This document shows, piece by piece, positions 14,310-28,585 of a stretch of 64,000 nt of DNA. The first letter of the stretch is position 1, and the number at the start of each line of letters is the position of its first letter. The notes beneath the pieces were generated by a model. It had not been told where the DNA came from. It ran no database searches and worked only from the letters and a program-made list of their open reading frames with translations. A program made the translations under genes and the position numbers. The DNA comes from Octopus vulgaris. Its lineage: Eukaryota. Location of the stretch: the NCBI GenBank assembly GCA_951406725.2, contig OX597827.1, positions 35,092,001 to 35,156,000 of the forward strand, written 5' to 3'.

Positions 14310-17300
14310 AGTCCGACCTCTATTTCTAGTTATGGATATCATGGCTAGACTATACTTCACTCACGATGTCAAATAAGACCCAAACATGTCTATAGATGAC
14401 AGCAGGCAGCCCTGACGGACTGAACCTGTGATACTAAACGGTTCCGACAGGTAGCCATTTACTTTGACCGCCGAGCAGGTGCCGCTGTGCATTGCAGTAA
14501 TTCAGCCTCTGAAAGCAGTTCCAAAACCGGCCGCTTTAAGGACTGCTTCCAAGTAGCGATGGTCTATTCTATCGAAAGCTTTCGACTGATCTAAATTGAT
14601 CAGGGCCCTACCGAAGCCAGCTTTAGTCTCAGCCCTCTGTACGATGTATCGCATAAGGTGGAGGTTATCGTGGATAGACCTGCTCGGGATTGCGCACGTT
14701 TGTGCCTCCCCGATCAGATTACCAACGACAAGCGTCAGCCTTTTCGCTAACACCTTGGCCAAAATCTTAAACTCTGCGTTTAGCAGAGTTATGTACCGAA
14801 AATTCCCTAGCATGTCCCCATTATCGGCATACTTTCTCAGCAGTGTTACCACACCCTAACTAACAGCACTAAGAATTCTCCCGTTCTGCTGCCAGTTACT
14901 GTAGACATCTGCCAAGAGGCTGCCAAACAAATCTAGTATGAAAACATAGAAATCGTAGGGCGGATCATCCGAACCGAGCGATTTGCAATCGCTCATCGCC
15001 TCCAGTATTCCAGAGGCTGCAATAGGCTTTTCGCAGAATCTCGCGTCCGTCACTGAGAGCCGTGGTAGGCTGTCTAGCTACGAAGAAAAGTTCGCTGCCG
15101 TCGTCGACCCATACCTCCCCCCTAAACAATCGCGCAAACTGCCGCCGGAAAGTCGCACACATCTGCTCAAAACCGAGTAGCACACGTCCGTCCTGATCCG
15201 CTAAAGAATTGATCGTGGTTTTGTTTCCACGTCGCGTCTCTACCGTGCGGGCACATCGGACGGCTTTAGTTACTTCATCTTTTAGTGCACGGGCCTTAGC
15301 TCTGACAACGCACCCTTCGTGTTTCACCTTAAAGAAATGGTGAAGAGCCATTCTTGCCGCTAACATGTCGGTTGCGATGCCTTTACTAATAGCCTCTTCT
15401 AGTTTGATAACCAGTTCTCTCGCTAATCTATTTCTTTCTATTGCAAAAGTTTTGCTAAACGCTATAGATTCTACTCTAATCGCTCTCTTCAGAGCGATCT
15501 ACCACCGGTTGCTGACGACAGCCCTCATCAACTGGCGCTTAACTAGTTCGCTAATCCGGTCCCTGTAGTCTTTGCAAGCCGGCCAGGATGCATTCAACTT
15601 CCAGTAACCGGGTCTCTTTTCACGGGTCCTATCTAAATTGCCTGAGCATATCACAAATTTGTGATTTATGTAATCGACCAATTTAAATTGTGGACACCTT
15701 ATGCTGTCCCTATCCTCTGACCTAACAAATACTCTACCGTTACTTCATGTCCACACTGGCACATCAAGAAAATCCAGTCGGTACCTGTCAGAATGCTGGA
15801 AAATTCAGGTTTTCGAGACTTTTACAACTCCTTCTACTATGTACTAAACCCACACAGTCCTTCAGTGCGTCCAAAATACTATTCCAGTCCTCCACTAGTA
15901 CTAAAGTGTAAGGGTGTTTCTAGATTCCTGAAGAAATCTGGCCTTTCAGCCCTTGTTAGGGTATAAACCACCATCAGTCTAAAGGCTCCACCATCACTGT
16001 CATTCACACCCAGGACCACCACTCTACCATCCGGGTCCAGGAAAATAGCCCGTACTTGGAGATTTAAAGATTTCCGAAGTAGCTCTGCTACACCACCACC
16101 CACTCCCAGTAGACCACAAGATGAGAATATCTCTTAGTCCTCGAAAATAGATGCTAGAGCGTGTTTTCCAGAGATCCTTGTTTCACTAATGGCAACCATA
16201 TCAAAATCAAGGGACATGAAATCGTTGAGCAAGTGACCTTGCTTCCAAGTTGATTCCAGGCCACGCACATTCACACACTCCACTCTCAGCACAGCCATGC
16301 TAGTCGGAGAAAGAAAATGAGGGGTTTACTCACCTTGATTTTCGAGGAACCCGGAAGTTCTGGGCCTTTGTACTAGCAAAGATTTTTAAAGGGGTCCTTC
16401 CAACAGCCTTTTATCAACAGATTTTTTTAAATCCCCACACTACATGGGAATTTTTCTATCATAGCTTTAAAGACGTTTGACGTTTTAATTAAAAGTCTGT
16501 CCTTGGGCGTTTTGAGGATGAAATCCTTAAATTCCTTTTCCTCTATCTCTATTTTGTTTTTGCTTTGACTTACAAAATCCATCAATTCACTGTTATACTT
16601 GTTTACTACAGTGAAACTGATGGATACATTTCGTCCACAGTCTGATGAATATTTTTGAAGTTCTGTAATTGGTTGTTTCTGTGTTTCTGTGATTACATGC
16701 TGTTGTTGATGATGTAGCTGTTTTTGAAGTTATTGATCCTGTTCTTGTTGTTTTTGTTGGAGTAGTTGTGAACAGTGTTGCAGTTGTGGTTCCAGAATAA
16801 GTAGGTGTGAGCGTGGGTGTGGGAGTAGGTGAGGGAGTCTTGAGCATTTGTTTATGATTTTGCACTTGTGGTGTTTGTAATGTTGGCAGAAGTGGGACTT
16901 TCTTTTGCCTTGCTTCAGGGCAGAAAGCCTTTAAGTGATTTTACAGATCCACATGTGTGGAATCTTGGCTTTCTACCTTCCACTAACACTGACAAATGAA
17001 TACCATCCGGGAGATCGATTAGATCGGCAGCTGGTCGATATGGTCCTGCTTGCATTGCAAGGTCAGTTCCGTACCTATACCTAACCAGTTTTGCTTAGGT
17101 AGTTTCTTGACCTACAATATTGTGACTTCATCTTCTTCTAATCCTGCCAAGACGGCTGCCACTAACCAGGTAATGGACATTTCTTGTGGCACATTCAGCA
17201 CCCTATTGTTGGCGTTGGCCACATAGCTGGAGATTAAGAAAAAGTTGTCTTTCTTCAAAGTGGTTGCGGAATTACATCTAGCCGCTTCTTCTGTCCCAAA

Positions 17301-17380
17301 TCTCACCTCAATAGTTCCAAACTCCTTTCCTTGAGTGATGTGGATCTTTTGTTCCCACATGCGCCCAAGGCATTTTTATA
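14310..17380 (-). mobile_element. L1/Tx1-like LINE 5' portion (ORF1, APE endonuclease, RT start), degraded
   Basis: NVRGL, GGGVAELL, GYWKLNAS, NFRYITLLNAEFKILAKVLA, LDQSKAFDRIDH. Confidence 0.92.
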
Positions 17381-17759
17381 TAATTTTTATATAATGATAA
17401 TAATCACATCATTTATTTGCAACGAAGGCGAAAGGTAAGAGGGCAATACAGAGACAGACATAAAGTGTTATGGTTTACATATAATAATGAAATGATAAAT
17501 AATAAGAAAAGTATACACGGTATACACTGGGAAAGATAAGACATATGCATAGCATACAGGGGTATAAAAGATGTGGGGAGGGATGAGAGAGATGTGGTCC
17601 TCTTGATACAGGAACGCTTCTAGGGATAATCGAGGAACCCCACCGTCCGAGATTTCCCTGAAATCCCATGAGCAAGTGCTCTCCCCAATTCCTTCTCTCC
17701 GACTCAAAAATAATGATTCCTTTATTAACTACAAGGGTTTACATGAAGAAAAATATTAT

Positions 17760-18780
17760 GATCAGCTCAGGACAAAGCAAAAATAAAGTGTGTGTATGTG
17801 TATGAGTGTATGTAGCTGTGAGGGGTTTACGTGTAAACAAGACTAATATAATTAGAAAAACGTGTGTGAGTGTGTGGGTGGGAGGATCAATAGGGAGGAG
17901 ATATTCGAGGGCTGCTCATGGAAAAACCCCATAAAAACCATGGATACCCTGACTTTGTGGGCTGACGCCTTCTTTTTTTTGCGTTTCCTTTCCTCTTTCC
18001 AACTATAGGCGTATGCTAGGGGCAGGCCCGTTCACCCGCTCCATTCTCGCCACTTTCATCCAACTTTCAGCAAACTGACTAGAAGACAGCTCTTCCCTCT
18101 CTACCCTTATTTTCCTTTGCAAGTGAAACTTGAAGAAGTTCATCAGGGATTGGCCAAAGAGAAAAGTGTTTGTTTTCATTCCGTTTCCCTGGGGTCATTG
18201 AGCAAGTGACTCCGCTACCAAGGCGACCCCAGGCCATGTACATTCACGCTGTCGATTTTGTATACGACCATGTTGTCGGAAAAAAAAGAGAAGAAAAAAA
18301 AAAGGGAAACTTACCTGGTTTTGTTTGGAGGGGCGGATTGCCCGTCCCTCCTATAGGCTTGGGGTGTTTGCAACAGGAAATCAGCAAGAATTCTCTTGGT
18401 GATATTTTTGCGAAAATCTCCGATTTCTTGTGGGAAATGGGTTTTTAAGTGTGTGTATGTGTTTTGTGTTCTTTGAATGATTTGTATGAGTGCAGGTAGG
18501 GAGAATGTGGGTGTCACAAAATCGTTTCGTTTAATGTTTGTGCGTGTCATTATATTATTCATTAATTCATCGTTGTTTGAATTTATTGCCATGTAGTTCG
18601 TTATGTTACTGTCTTTACTTTGCTGTTGTTGTTGTTGTTGTTGTGGTGGTGGTGGTGGTGGTGGTGGTTGTGATTGTTGTTGTTGTTGCGTGTGTGGAAT
18701 GGCTTATGTTTCAGGTGTTAGAGGTGGTGGTGTCGATGCAGTGTTTGCTTTGGGCATGTTTGTTTTTGTTGTTTTGACTT
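17760..18780 (-). mobile_element. Deleted/degraded copy of the same LINE family
   Basis: Minus-strand QSLMNFFKFHLQRKIRVERE, plus an ORF1-like low-complexity segment. Confidence 0.65.
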
Positions 18781-19289
18781 TGGCAATATCGTCAAACTTA
18801 ATAAAATATAAAAATTTGCTGAAGACTCAAAGTTTTAGAAATTCATAATGGGAATATTTGACTGAACAAAACTCCAGTCTGATCTATGAGTAGTGATTCG
18901 ATAGGTAAAATAAGGATAATAATAATAAGTTGCTAAACGAGTAAAAAATTGAACTCATTCATTTTGGAAAAGAGAATATACTTAAACAAACATATTCTGA
19001 TTTTCTCTCGAAAGAGCAGTTCCTCGTAGCATCAAATAATATCAGAGACTTATGTATAATTGTGGACAACAATGTAAGCCAATGTTTCCAAATCTATTTT
19101 CTCTCAGGTTTAACTATAACTTTTCAGAAAAAATGCATGCCACACGGTGGTCGGAAAAAAACAACTTTATTCTTAATAATTTATTATAATTATTTAATAG
19201 GAAAGATTTCAGCTGTATCTCTTTTATTAAGTACCGAGTACAAAAAAGTACATTATTGACAAAGAAAAAAAGTGACCCACTTTAATGAG

Positions 19290-20136
19290 AACCTTGTGTG
19301 TGGCAACTATGGCAGATTTCCTTGATTCAAGGAGATAATTTTCTTAGCTTCCGCGGTAAATCAACACGTTTTGTAATTTCAAGTCTGCTTCTCTTGGCTC
19401 GAAGCAAATCGTTAACAGCACTAAAACCACACTCAACCAAATGAGACGTGGGGAAATGAATCAGAAGTTCCTTTGCTGAAATGACATTGTTAGGATATTT
19501 CCTTTCAACTTCATCATGTAGCTACAGACTTGTACCTTTCATTTTGAACAAAGTATTCACTGATCAAATGTGTTGCAATTCTGATAGCTCTTCTTGGACC
19601 TGCTTTGGAACTTCGGAGATATCTACTAGCAATGGTTGAGTTAACCAAAAGGAAAAAATCATTTTCTTTGATACATGAAATCTGTCTTTGAAGTTTTTTA
19701 TCAACATTTTCAAATGTCCAACGATTACGTCTGTAGAGGTTTTAGTTATCACATATTGATTCAACTAGTAAATTTGAGTGAAATTTCATGTATAAATATT
19801 CCATGGGCATAATTCTAAAACTAGTGAAAAGAGTTATATTTGATCATTAAAATTACTTGTTCAAGTTGCTTAATTTCTCGAAGATATCTGTCAAATAACT
19901 GACTCATGATTTGTCGTCTGCTGTTGACAGTAACTTCATTCCAGGTTTGTCATTCAAAAACTCACTGGGCTCATCAAATAATTCTATGAATCACTCCAAG
20001 CAATTTCCTTTTGACGACCATCTTATTTCTATTAATAACATTATTTCTATTATCCACACGGGCATATGTCGTAGTGGTTAAGAGCGCGGGCTACTAACCC
20101 CAAGAGTCCGAGTCCGAGTCCGATTCCAGGCAGTGA

Positions 20137-20211
<75 letters not shown>

Positions 20212-20850
20212 CAACAACAACATCGAAAAATACCTCAGGAATGAGAACCCAGGTTCGAAATTTCCCCAAGACACCCGATGATGGCTGGAGGGTATACCAG
20301 CCGAAACATTGTGTTAACAACAAACAAGATGAGGACAAATATTCGTCAAATGTAAATAATGTAAATAATGTAAATAATGTACATAACTTCTCATCTCTTA
20401 AATATAGAACTGTATCATCTTATTTATGTACGAAGCAATAATCGAACATGTTCTGCACTTTGATTCACACGGAACTGCTTAAAAAGACGTTCAGATTTTG
20501 CGTTTATTTTGATGGTGTTAATACACTTGATCACAGATTGTTGAATCTCGTTAAGAACAGGGAACATTTTCTTGGCAACCATGTTTTCTCGGTGGATAAC
20601 GCAATGTACAGTCAAAATATTTAGATATTCCACCCTTCATTAGTTTTAAGCATCCTGTTTTCTTGCCCATCACAGAAGGTATCCCATCTGCAGCACATGA
20701 TAGAATGTTTTTAACTATTTTGTTTGCATCCGGATAATATTTTGTTTGCTGTAGATAGCAACTGCAGTAATAGTCGTTTTTAATGATTCACAGAATAACA
20801 TCTCTTCCCTGAAACTCCTCTTGATCAATATACCTCACGTATGCCATTTA
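19290..20850 (-). mobile_element. hAT (Buster/Charlie-like) transposase remnant, interrupted by a SINE
   Basis: ADG.PSVMG, HCVIHRENMVAK, FPTSHLVECGFSAV-like dimerisation segment. Confidence 0.82.
20058..20411 (+). mobile_element. tRNA-headed SINE with (AAT)n and a hammerhead-like 3' part
   Basis: Head tgtcgtagtggttaagagcgcggg...cgattcc (A/B-box like), then (aat)n, then gacac-ccgatga-t-ggctgg..ccagcc-gaaacatt-gtgtt. Confidence 0.7.
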
Positions 20851-20924
20851 CACGCACACACACGCACCCTTCCCACACTCATATATGTATATATCAATTC
20901 ATTCACTTCACTATTTATTTCTAG

Positions 20925-21157
20925 GCGCTGAAACTAATAACGTTACGATAGCCACCGGTGAAGATGGTACCGACGATGGTGTAGTGTTGAGATTGTATTT
21001 CACTAGCTGTGAGAGAAACGTTACGTTGGACACATCTGCTAATGACTTTCAGTCGCACTCTATAGATGTCTTTAATGTATCTCTTCCTTCGTGTGGTATA
21101 TTGAATTGCATAAAATTGTATCAGCTTATGTTGACTTCGAATTGGGACGTGCAGAAT
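20925..21157 (+). CDS. Host gene exon, module 3 part A, PLAT/LH2-like: (G)AETNNVTIATGEDGTDDGVVLRLYFTSCERNVTLDTSANDFQSHSIDVFNVSLPSCGILNCIKLYQLMLTSNWDVQN
   Basis: tttctag acceptor, AAT|gtaagt donor. The pattern VTxxTG-GTD-VxLxL...L...DF...D-F-V...G-L-xx-I-L...W resembles the PLAT/LH2 consensus. Confidence 0.85.
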
Positions 21158-22844
21158 GTAAGTACATTATTTTACTGAAAAACTATTGACTAAATGTATA
21201 TGCGTACTCACTCTGCATTGGTATGTTGCATGACTGAAGTATTACGTGTTAGGCAAACTAGAGTTTTAATACATATAATACAGAATGCATTCAAAAATAT
21301 CTAACAAAAAATCATTGTGGTCAGATTATTGTTTCTTTGATAATTACAAGGCTTGAAATTTGAGGAAAGGTGTTTAGTCAATTAAATCGACGCTAGTAGT
21401 TGACTGATAGTATATTTTATTGACCTCGGTTGAAAGAAAGGCAAAGACGACCTAGATGCGATTTGATATGAGAATGCAAAGAACCGAGCAAATACTGCTC
21501 TAACAATATTGCCACTCCATCAGACCTTGAGTAATGTAATTTTGTCCCGGGCAAGACGTTAAACGGCATCCGGTGGTGAAACTCCATTTCAGAGAGGTCT
21601 AAGAGTATTAAGTTGACCCTTAGGCATCACTACTCTCAGGCCCTCTCTGATTCGGGGCATTAATACTTCTCGAAAGTCTCAGTTATGGGGCATGCAGTTA
21701 GAAGCTGCTCTCGTGGCTAAGGTATATAAAATTTAGAGAATGGCTGACACCGAAAGACGCATCACGTCCACCGATGTATGGACATGTCCTGAATATCACA
21801 TGAATCAGTTGCTATGTTGAAAGGTGAAATAAGCTTTGTGTCTCAAGTGCCTAAATCTAGAGGACAGGAGACTAGCAGAGTAAACTGTAAATAAACCCAC
21901 AGAAGGCAAACGGAGAAGTATTGCTGTATATGTTCAGACTTTGGCATGGAGATCCATGGTCACTGATACCTATAGGCATGGCACATATTTTTGGTAGTTT
22001 TAGATCACCTCAACGAATAAAAGTAATGATGTGAGACTCACTAATTAAATATACAAGACTTAGCGAAAAACAATAAAATAGAAATGTTCAAAAATAAATT
22101 ACCCTTGAATGCATTCTGCATGAAAGAACAATAGCTAAGTTAGTGTAAGTTAGATTTTAAATGTGGCGGTTGGTAAACCGACATTGAAGTACCAGAAGTA
22201 ATAATAAACAAAAGAAAAAATGCGATCATCTTCAAATATCTAAATTTAGAGGAATGGGGTATGGAGAAGGGGAAAGATTTGGTGGCACATTTACCTACGA
22301 TGCTTTACGTTATAAGTTGTAAAAACGATGCCGAGGAGGACACGATTTTTGTCCTTGAGTAGCAACTGTTACTTCCTATTTGTTTAAAGTATGCTAAAAA
22401 TAGCTAATATTTCCTTCAAACTTTGATTTTCTTTCATTTATTCAAACCCCAAAGTGATTTATTCAAACCCTCAACACATGACTATGATGCTCCCCCACAT
22501 CTCCTGCTCATGATCAGAGATGTCAGTCACTAAGGGACACTGGTCAACTGGTTAACATCAAGCTACTAACAAGCAAATCTGTGGTATTGAGCAGAATATT
22601 TACTACAATTATATTTCTGTCTCAGTAACTCAGCGCTGAATCTGTCTAAAATAGGTCAGTTTCAAAACATTGATGTCCAAGTATCAAAAGCATAGTTTAA
22701 CGGGAATTGTAGTCATTTCCTTTGGTTTCTTGATAGATGCAAATAAGAAATAAGACTTACCAACAAAAGTACCCACCACCGATGTTACCCTGTATAATCA
22801 ATAATGTCAGATATGCTGTAACCACTTAATATTTCACATTGCAG

Positions 22845-22941
22845 ATTACAATTTCTGATTCAATATCAACTCGTTTTTTCCTGAGTGGAAACCCTTACAT
22901 GCGTGCGAATAAGTTATACTGCAAAACTAACGTGGACAAAG
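22845..22941 (+). CDS. Host gene exon, module 3 part B (phase 0->1), predicted GC donor: ITISDSISTRFFLSGNPYMRANKLYCKTNVDK
   Basis: ttgcag acceptor; AAG|gcaagt non-canonical donor. The frame stops 8 codons further on without a usable GT donor. Phase compatible. Confidence 0.62.
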
Positions 22942-23049
22942 GCAAGTTACAAAGTACTCCCTAAGTAATAAATTATTATTCCAGCTGTTGATTGAACAAA
23001 ATATAGCGTATACATTTCCTTTCATTTATTTTTCGATATATACATATAC

Positions 23050-23163
<114 letters not shown>

Positions 23164-23514
23164 AAATCTAAAATGAATTCCTCGCTCTTTCAGGAACATC
23201 AATTTTTTATATTGACTGCATATCACCACTTTGATCTATCTTTTATATTGAATGCATATCACCACTATGAACCACTGCATCATACTCTTTAAACATATAG
23301 CATGAACGAACTCACTTCACTATATATGAACTTTTGATGTCTGACTCTATTGTATATTATAAATGAATTTTTTATATTTGATAGCATGAACTATCTTTTT
23401 ATATATAACTTTTTTTGATAAGGTTCATCATTTCAAGAACTGAAACATGTTATAATGTATATATAAAAATTAAAAATTTGTCTAATATAGCAGCATTTTC
23501 GAACTTCATTTTTT

Positions 23515-23519
<5 letters not shown>

Positions 23520-23605
<86 letters not shown>

Positions 23606-24289
23606 TATACATATATCTACTTATATATATACATATATATACATAAATATATATACACACATATATATATATACACATATACATATATATACATATATAC
23701 ATATATATACACATATACATATATATACATATATATACATATACATATATATACATATGTATATATATACATATATATATCGCATATATATATACATATA
23801 CATATATACATATACATATATCCATACATATATATATATATACACACATATATATATATACATATACATATACATGTATATATACATATATATATCTACA
23901 TATACATATATATATATACATATACATATATATATACATATATATGCATTTATATATATATATATATATACATATACATGTACATATATATATACATTTA
24001 TATATACATATATACATATACATGTACATATATATATACATTTATATATACATATATACATATACATATATATACATATACATATATATATAGATATATA
24101 TATATATATATACATACACATATATGCATATATATATATATATATATATGCATGGGCAAACGGGATGACACTTGGCTGACCGGTTCGCGGAACACCTCTG
24201 AGACATCCGAATCGGCAATGTAACCCCGGTCTCGCACCATGTCCGCTCTACCTATATATACACATATACATATATACATATATACATAC

Positions 24290-24346
<57 letters not shown>
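23520..24346. repeat. Long compound (TA)n/(TACA)n microsatellite
   Basis: Directly visible. Confidence 0.95.
24153..24252 (+). mobile_element. 100-bp PLE GIY-YIG fragment inside a TA microsatellite
   Basis: Translates [30 protein letters not shown]. Confidence 0.65.
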
Positions 24347-24348
<2 letters not shown>

Positions 24349-24450
24349 GGAGTAAACACATAAATGTGAAACAAGGTGGAAAAAAGAGTACTCAAATACC
24401 AGTGGTAGAGTAATATGCTTTATTTAAAGCAGCAGAAAATTCAACAAAAT

Positions 24451-24488
24451 CTGTTACTCTGAGTTTCTCGTTGCCGTTCATCAGACAG
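24451..24488 (-). ncRNA. Type I hammerhead ribozyme in the inverted PLE arm
   Basis: Exact reverse complement of 27216-27253. Confidence 0.75.
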
Positions 24489-25240
24489 TTTTTGCTAGAA
24501 TGGAACCGATATATCAATTCAATCTAGACTCTTACAAACGCTACACCTTTAAAAAGAAATGGACTTGTTTGATTGGCCCTTTAGAAAAAACGGTCAATCT
24601 TCGAGCGATAAACAAAAAGGTCAAAAATATATGTATATATATATAAAACTTATAAAAATTATAAAATTCGAGGAAAAAACCTTACATTGAATAATATACA
24701 TATTGACATTAATGAAGAAAGTATAATTAAAGCTTAGAAATTAAACCTATTATAAATATTACACTGCAATACATATTTATGTTAACGTGTACATATATAT
24801 ATCAACATACACAGAAGGATGCGTGCCAACGCCATACATATACAGACGTATAAATATAAATCTGAAATATACACATAAATGCATGCGTACATATATTTAC
24901 GCAATCCGTCTCGCACGCAATTTAAAATCCTCTATGTAGCGATTCTCATATACTGAGTAAGGGGGGGGACGAAAGAAAGGAAGAGAGAGAAAAAGGAACG
25001 AAGAAGGGGGAAGGAAAAAAGATAAAAGAAAAAGGAGGGGTGGGGAAAAAAACGAAATAAGAAAAATTATGTATACAAGCTATGTAACGGCATTATTGAC
25101 ATGTATGGAGACATGTATACAAATACACAAGCTCGAATGGATACATACACATACAGTTGTGCATATGTGCTTAAGCACAAACATACGTCCACTTACACAT
25201 ACACAGATACGCATGTTACAAATACATATCCATACATATC

Positions 25241-26131
25241 CAAGATTCGAACCATCCACCAGTTATCCTTAGGAACTTAGTTAGCAATGTAGGTAGAAGA
25301 ATATCTTCAATTTCTTCGGACGAGGCAGCATTCCATAATGCTGCACCTTATTACGATAGTGCATTAAAGAATAGTGGATTCTCGGAGAAGATCCAGTACA
25401 ACCAGCTTAATGCTGATAATAATGCTGCACGAAGAACTAGGACCAGGAAAGTTTTGTGGTTCAACCCGACTTTCAATTTGGCCGTAAAGACTAATATAGG
25501 TAAGGAATTTTTGAGATTAGTCTCTAAGCATTTTAAGCAGGGTCATAAATTCTATAGGATATTTAATAGAAGAACCCTGAAGGTTAGCTATTCTTGTTGC
25601 AGAAACTTCGCCTCTTACATTAGCCAACATAATAGGAAGCTAATTGAGATTAGACATGGTGCCGAGCCCATTAAGAAATGCAATTGCCAAAACGAAAGCT
25701 CCTGTCCGTTAGAAGGGAAATGTCTAGTGAAAGGAGTAGTTTATAGAGCCAAGGTGCAAGTAGAAGGCTCATCGGAATACAAGACATACACAGGGGCTTC
25801 AGAAAATTCATTTAAAACAAGATTTTATTCTCATAAAAATTCATTTAAATACCCAGAGAATAGGAAGAGGACCAGCCTAGCAAAATATGTCTGGGAACTA
25901 AAAGAAAAGGAAGCCCCACCTTTCAACGTGACATGGAGCATTCTGGACAGGGCGGCACCATACAGGCATGGAGCATACAAAAATAATTTCAAGTGCAAAC
26001 TTTGCTTATTAGAAAAAATGTACATTTTATTCAAAGACAATAATTCTTTGAATCAAAGAAGTGAGCTAATGAACTTATGTAGGCACGCGGCTAAATTTAA
26101 AATGTCGAATATAAATATACCATATGGATAG
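25241..26131 (+). CDS. PLE ORF C-terminus: RT thumb/linker, Cys-rich motif and GIY-YIG endonuclease (uninterrupted, 5' truncated)
   Basis: SNHPP..., WFNP..VKTNIGKEFL, IFNRRTLKVSYSC, CNC..CPLEGKC, VVY...YTG, FKTRFYSHKNSF, CKLCLLEK, LNQRSE. Confidence 0.92.
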   Translation, partial: QDSNHPPVILRNLVSNVGRRISSISSDEAAFHNAAPYYDSALKNSGFSEKIQYNQLNADNNAARRTRTRKVLWFNPTFNLAVKTNIGKEFLRLVSKHFKQGHKFYRIFNRRTLKVSYSCCRNFASYISQHNRKLIEIRHGAEPIKKCNCQNESSCPLEGKCLVKGVVYRAKVQVEGSSEYKTYTGASENSFKTRFYSHKNSFKYPENRKRTSLAKYVWELKEKEAPPFNVTWSILDRAAPYRHGAYKNNFKCKLCLLEKMYILFKDNNSLNQRSELMNLCRHAAKFKMSNINIPYG

Positions 26132-27215
26132 AGTATATATTTTGTATTTTTGATTTTTGAAATTTTGATTTTGACTCTTGAGCTGTGAGCGCTACGATGG
26201 ATTTTGTTCCGCGTTATACAGATTTTAATCCGTATAGCAAAGTCTTATGTTTCGACATATACATTAGGAAAAACCTTCGAATTTGTTTATTTCAAATTAT
26301 TGTATTGTATAGGATTACCTTGATTTTTTATAGATGATCTAAAATAGGGTGTTATATTTTATTTTTATATGTCTTACGTATATATTTTAATTTTTTTTAT
26401 TATTGCACCGATTTCTTTAAAAAAAAGCAATGTTGTCAAAAATTAGAATTTATATATATGTGTATAGCCATGGATATGTATTTGTAAGCATGCGTATCTG
26501 TGTATGTGTAAGTGGACGTATGTTTGTGCTTAAGCACACATATGCACGACTGTATGTGTATGTATCCATTCGAGCTTGTGTATTTGTATACATGTCTCCA
26601 TACATGTCAATAATGCCGTTACCTAGCTTGTATACGTAATTTTTCTTATTTCGTTTTTTCCCCACCCCTCCTTTTTCTTTTTTCTTTTTTCCTTTCCCCT
26701 TCTTCGTTCCTTTTTCTCTCTCTTCCTTTCTTTCGTCCCCCCCTTACTCAGTATATGAGAATCGCTACATAGAGGATTTTAAATTGCGTGCGAGACGGAT
26801 TGCGTAAATATATGTACGCATGCATTTATGTGTATATTTCAGATTTATATTTATACGTCTGTATATGTATGGCGTTGGCACGCATCCTTCTGTGTATGTT
26901 GATATATATATGTACACGTTAACATAAATATGTATTGCAGTGTAATATTTATAATAGGTTTAATTTCTAAGCTTTAATTATACTTTCTTCATTAATGTCA
27001 ATATGTATATTATTCAATGTAAGGTTTTTTCCTCGAATTTTATAATTTTTATAAGTTTTATATATATATACATATATTTTTGACCTTTTTGTTTATCGCT
27101 CGAAGATTGACCGTTTTTTCTAAAGGGCCAATCAAACAAGTCCATTTCTTTTTAAAGGTGTAGCGTTTGTAAGAGTCTAGATTGAATTGATATATCGGTT
27201 CCATTCTAGCAAAAA

Positions 27216-27253
27216 CTGTCTGATGAACGGCAACGAGAAACTCAGAGTAACAG
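27216..27253 (+). ncRNA. Type I hammerhead ribozyme in the PLE 3' region
   Basis: ctgt-CTGATGA-acg(gcaa)cga-GAAA-ct(cag)ag-TA-acag; canonical core with an A.A mismatch at the base of stem II. Confidence 0.75.
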
Positions 27254-27285
27254 ATTTTGTTGAATTTTCTGCTGCTTTAAATAAA

Positions 27286-28585
<1,300 letters not shown>

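Larger units (their letters stand above)
24347..27286 (+). mobile_element. 5'-truncated Penelope-like element (Naiad-type) with inverted 3'-UTR/pLTR copy at its 5' end
   Basis: ~24418-25233 is the reverse complement of ~26471-27286; the two arms flank a thumb + GIY-YIG ORF; (TA)n on both sides. Confidence 0.9.

Noticed and set aside
25241-27286. Selenoprotein-type Naiad (in-frame UGA plus SECIS)
   Set aside because: No in-frame TGA in the preserved ORF and no SECIS that I could recognise.
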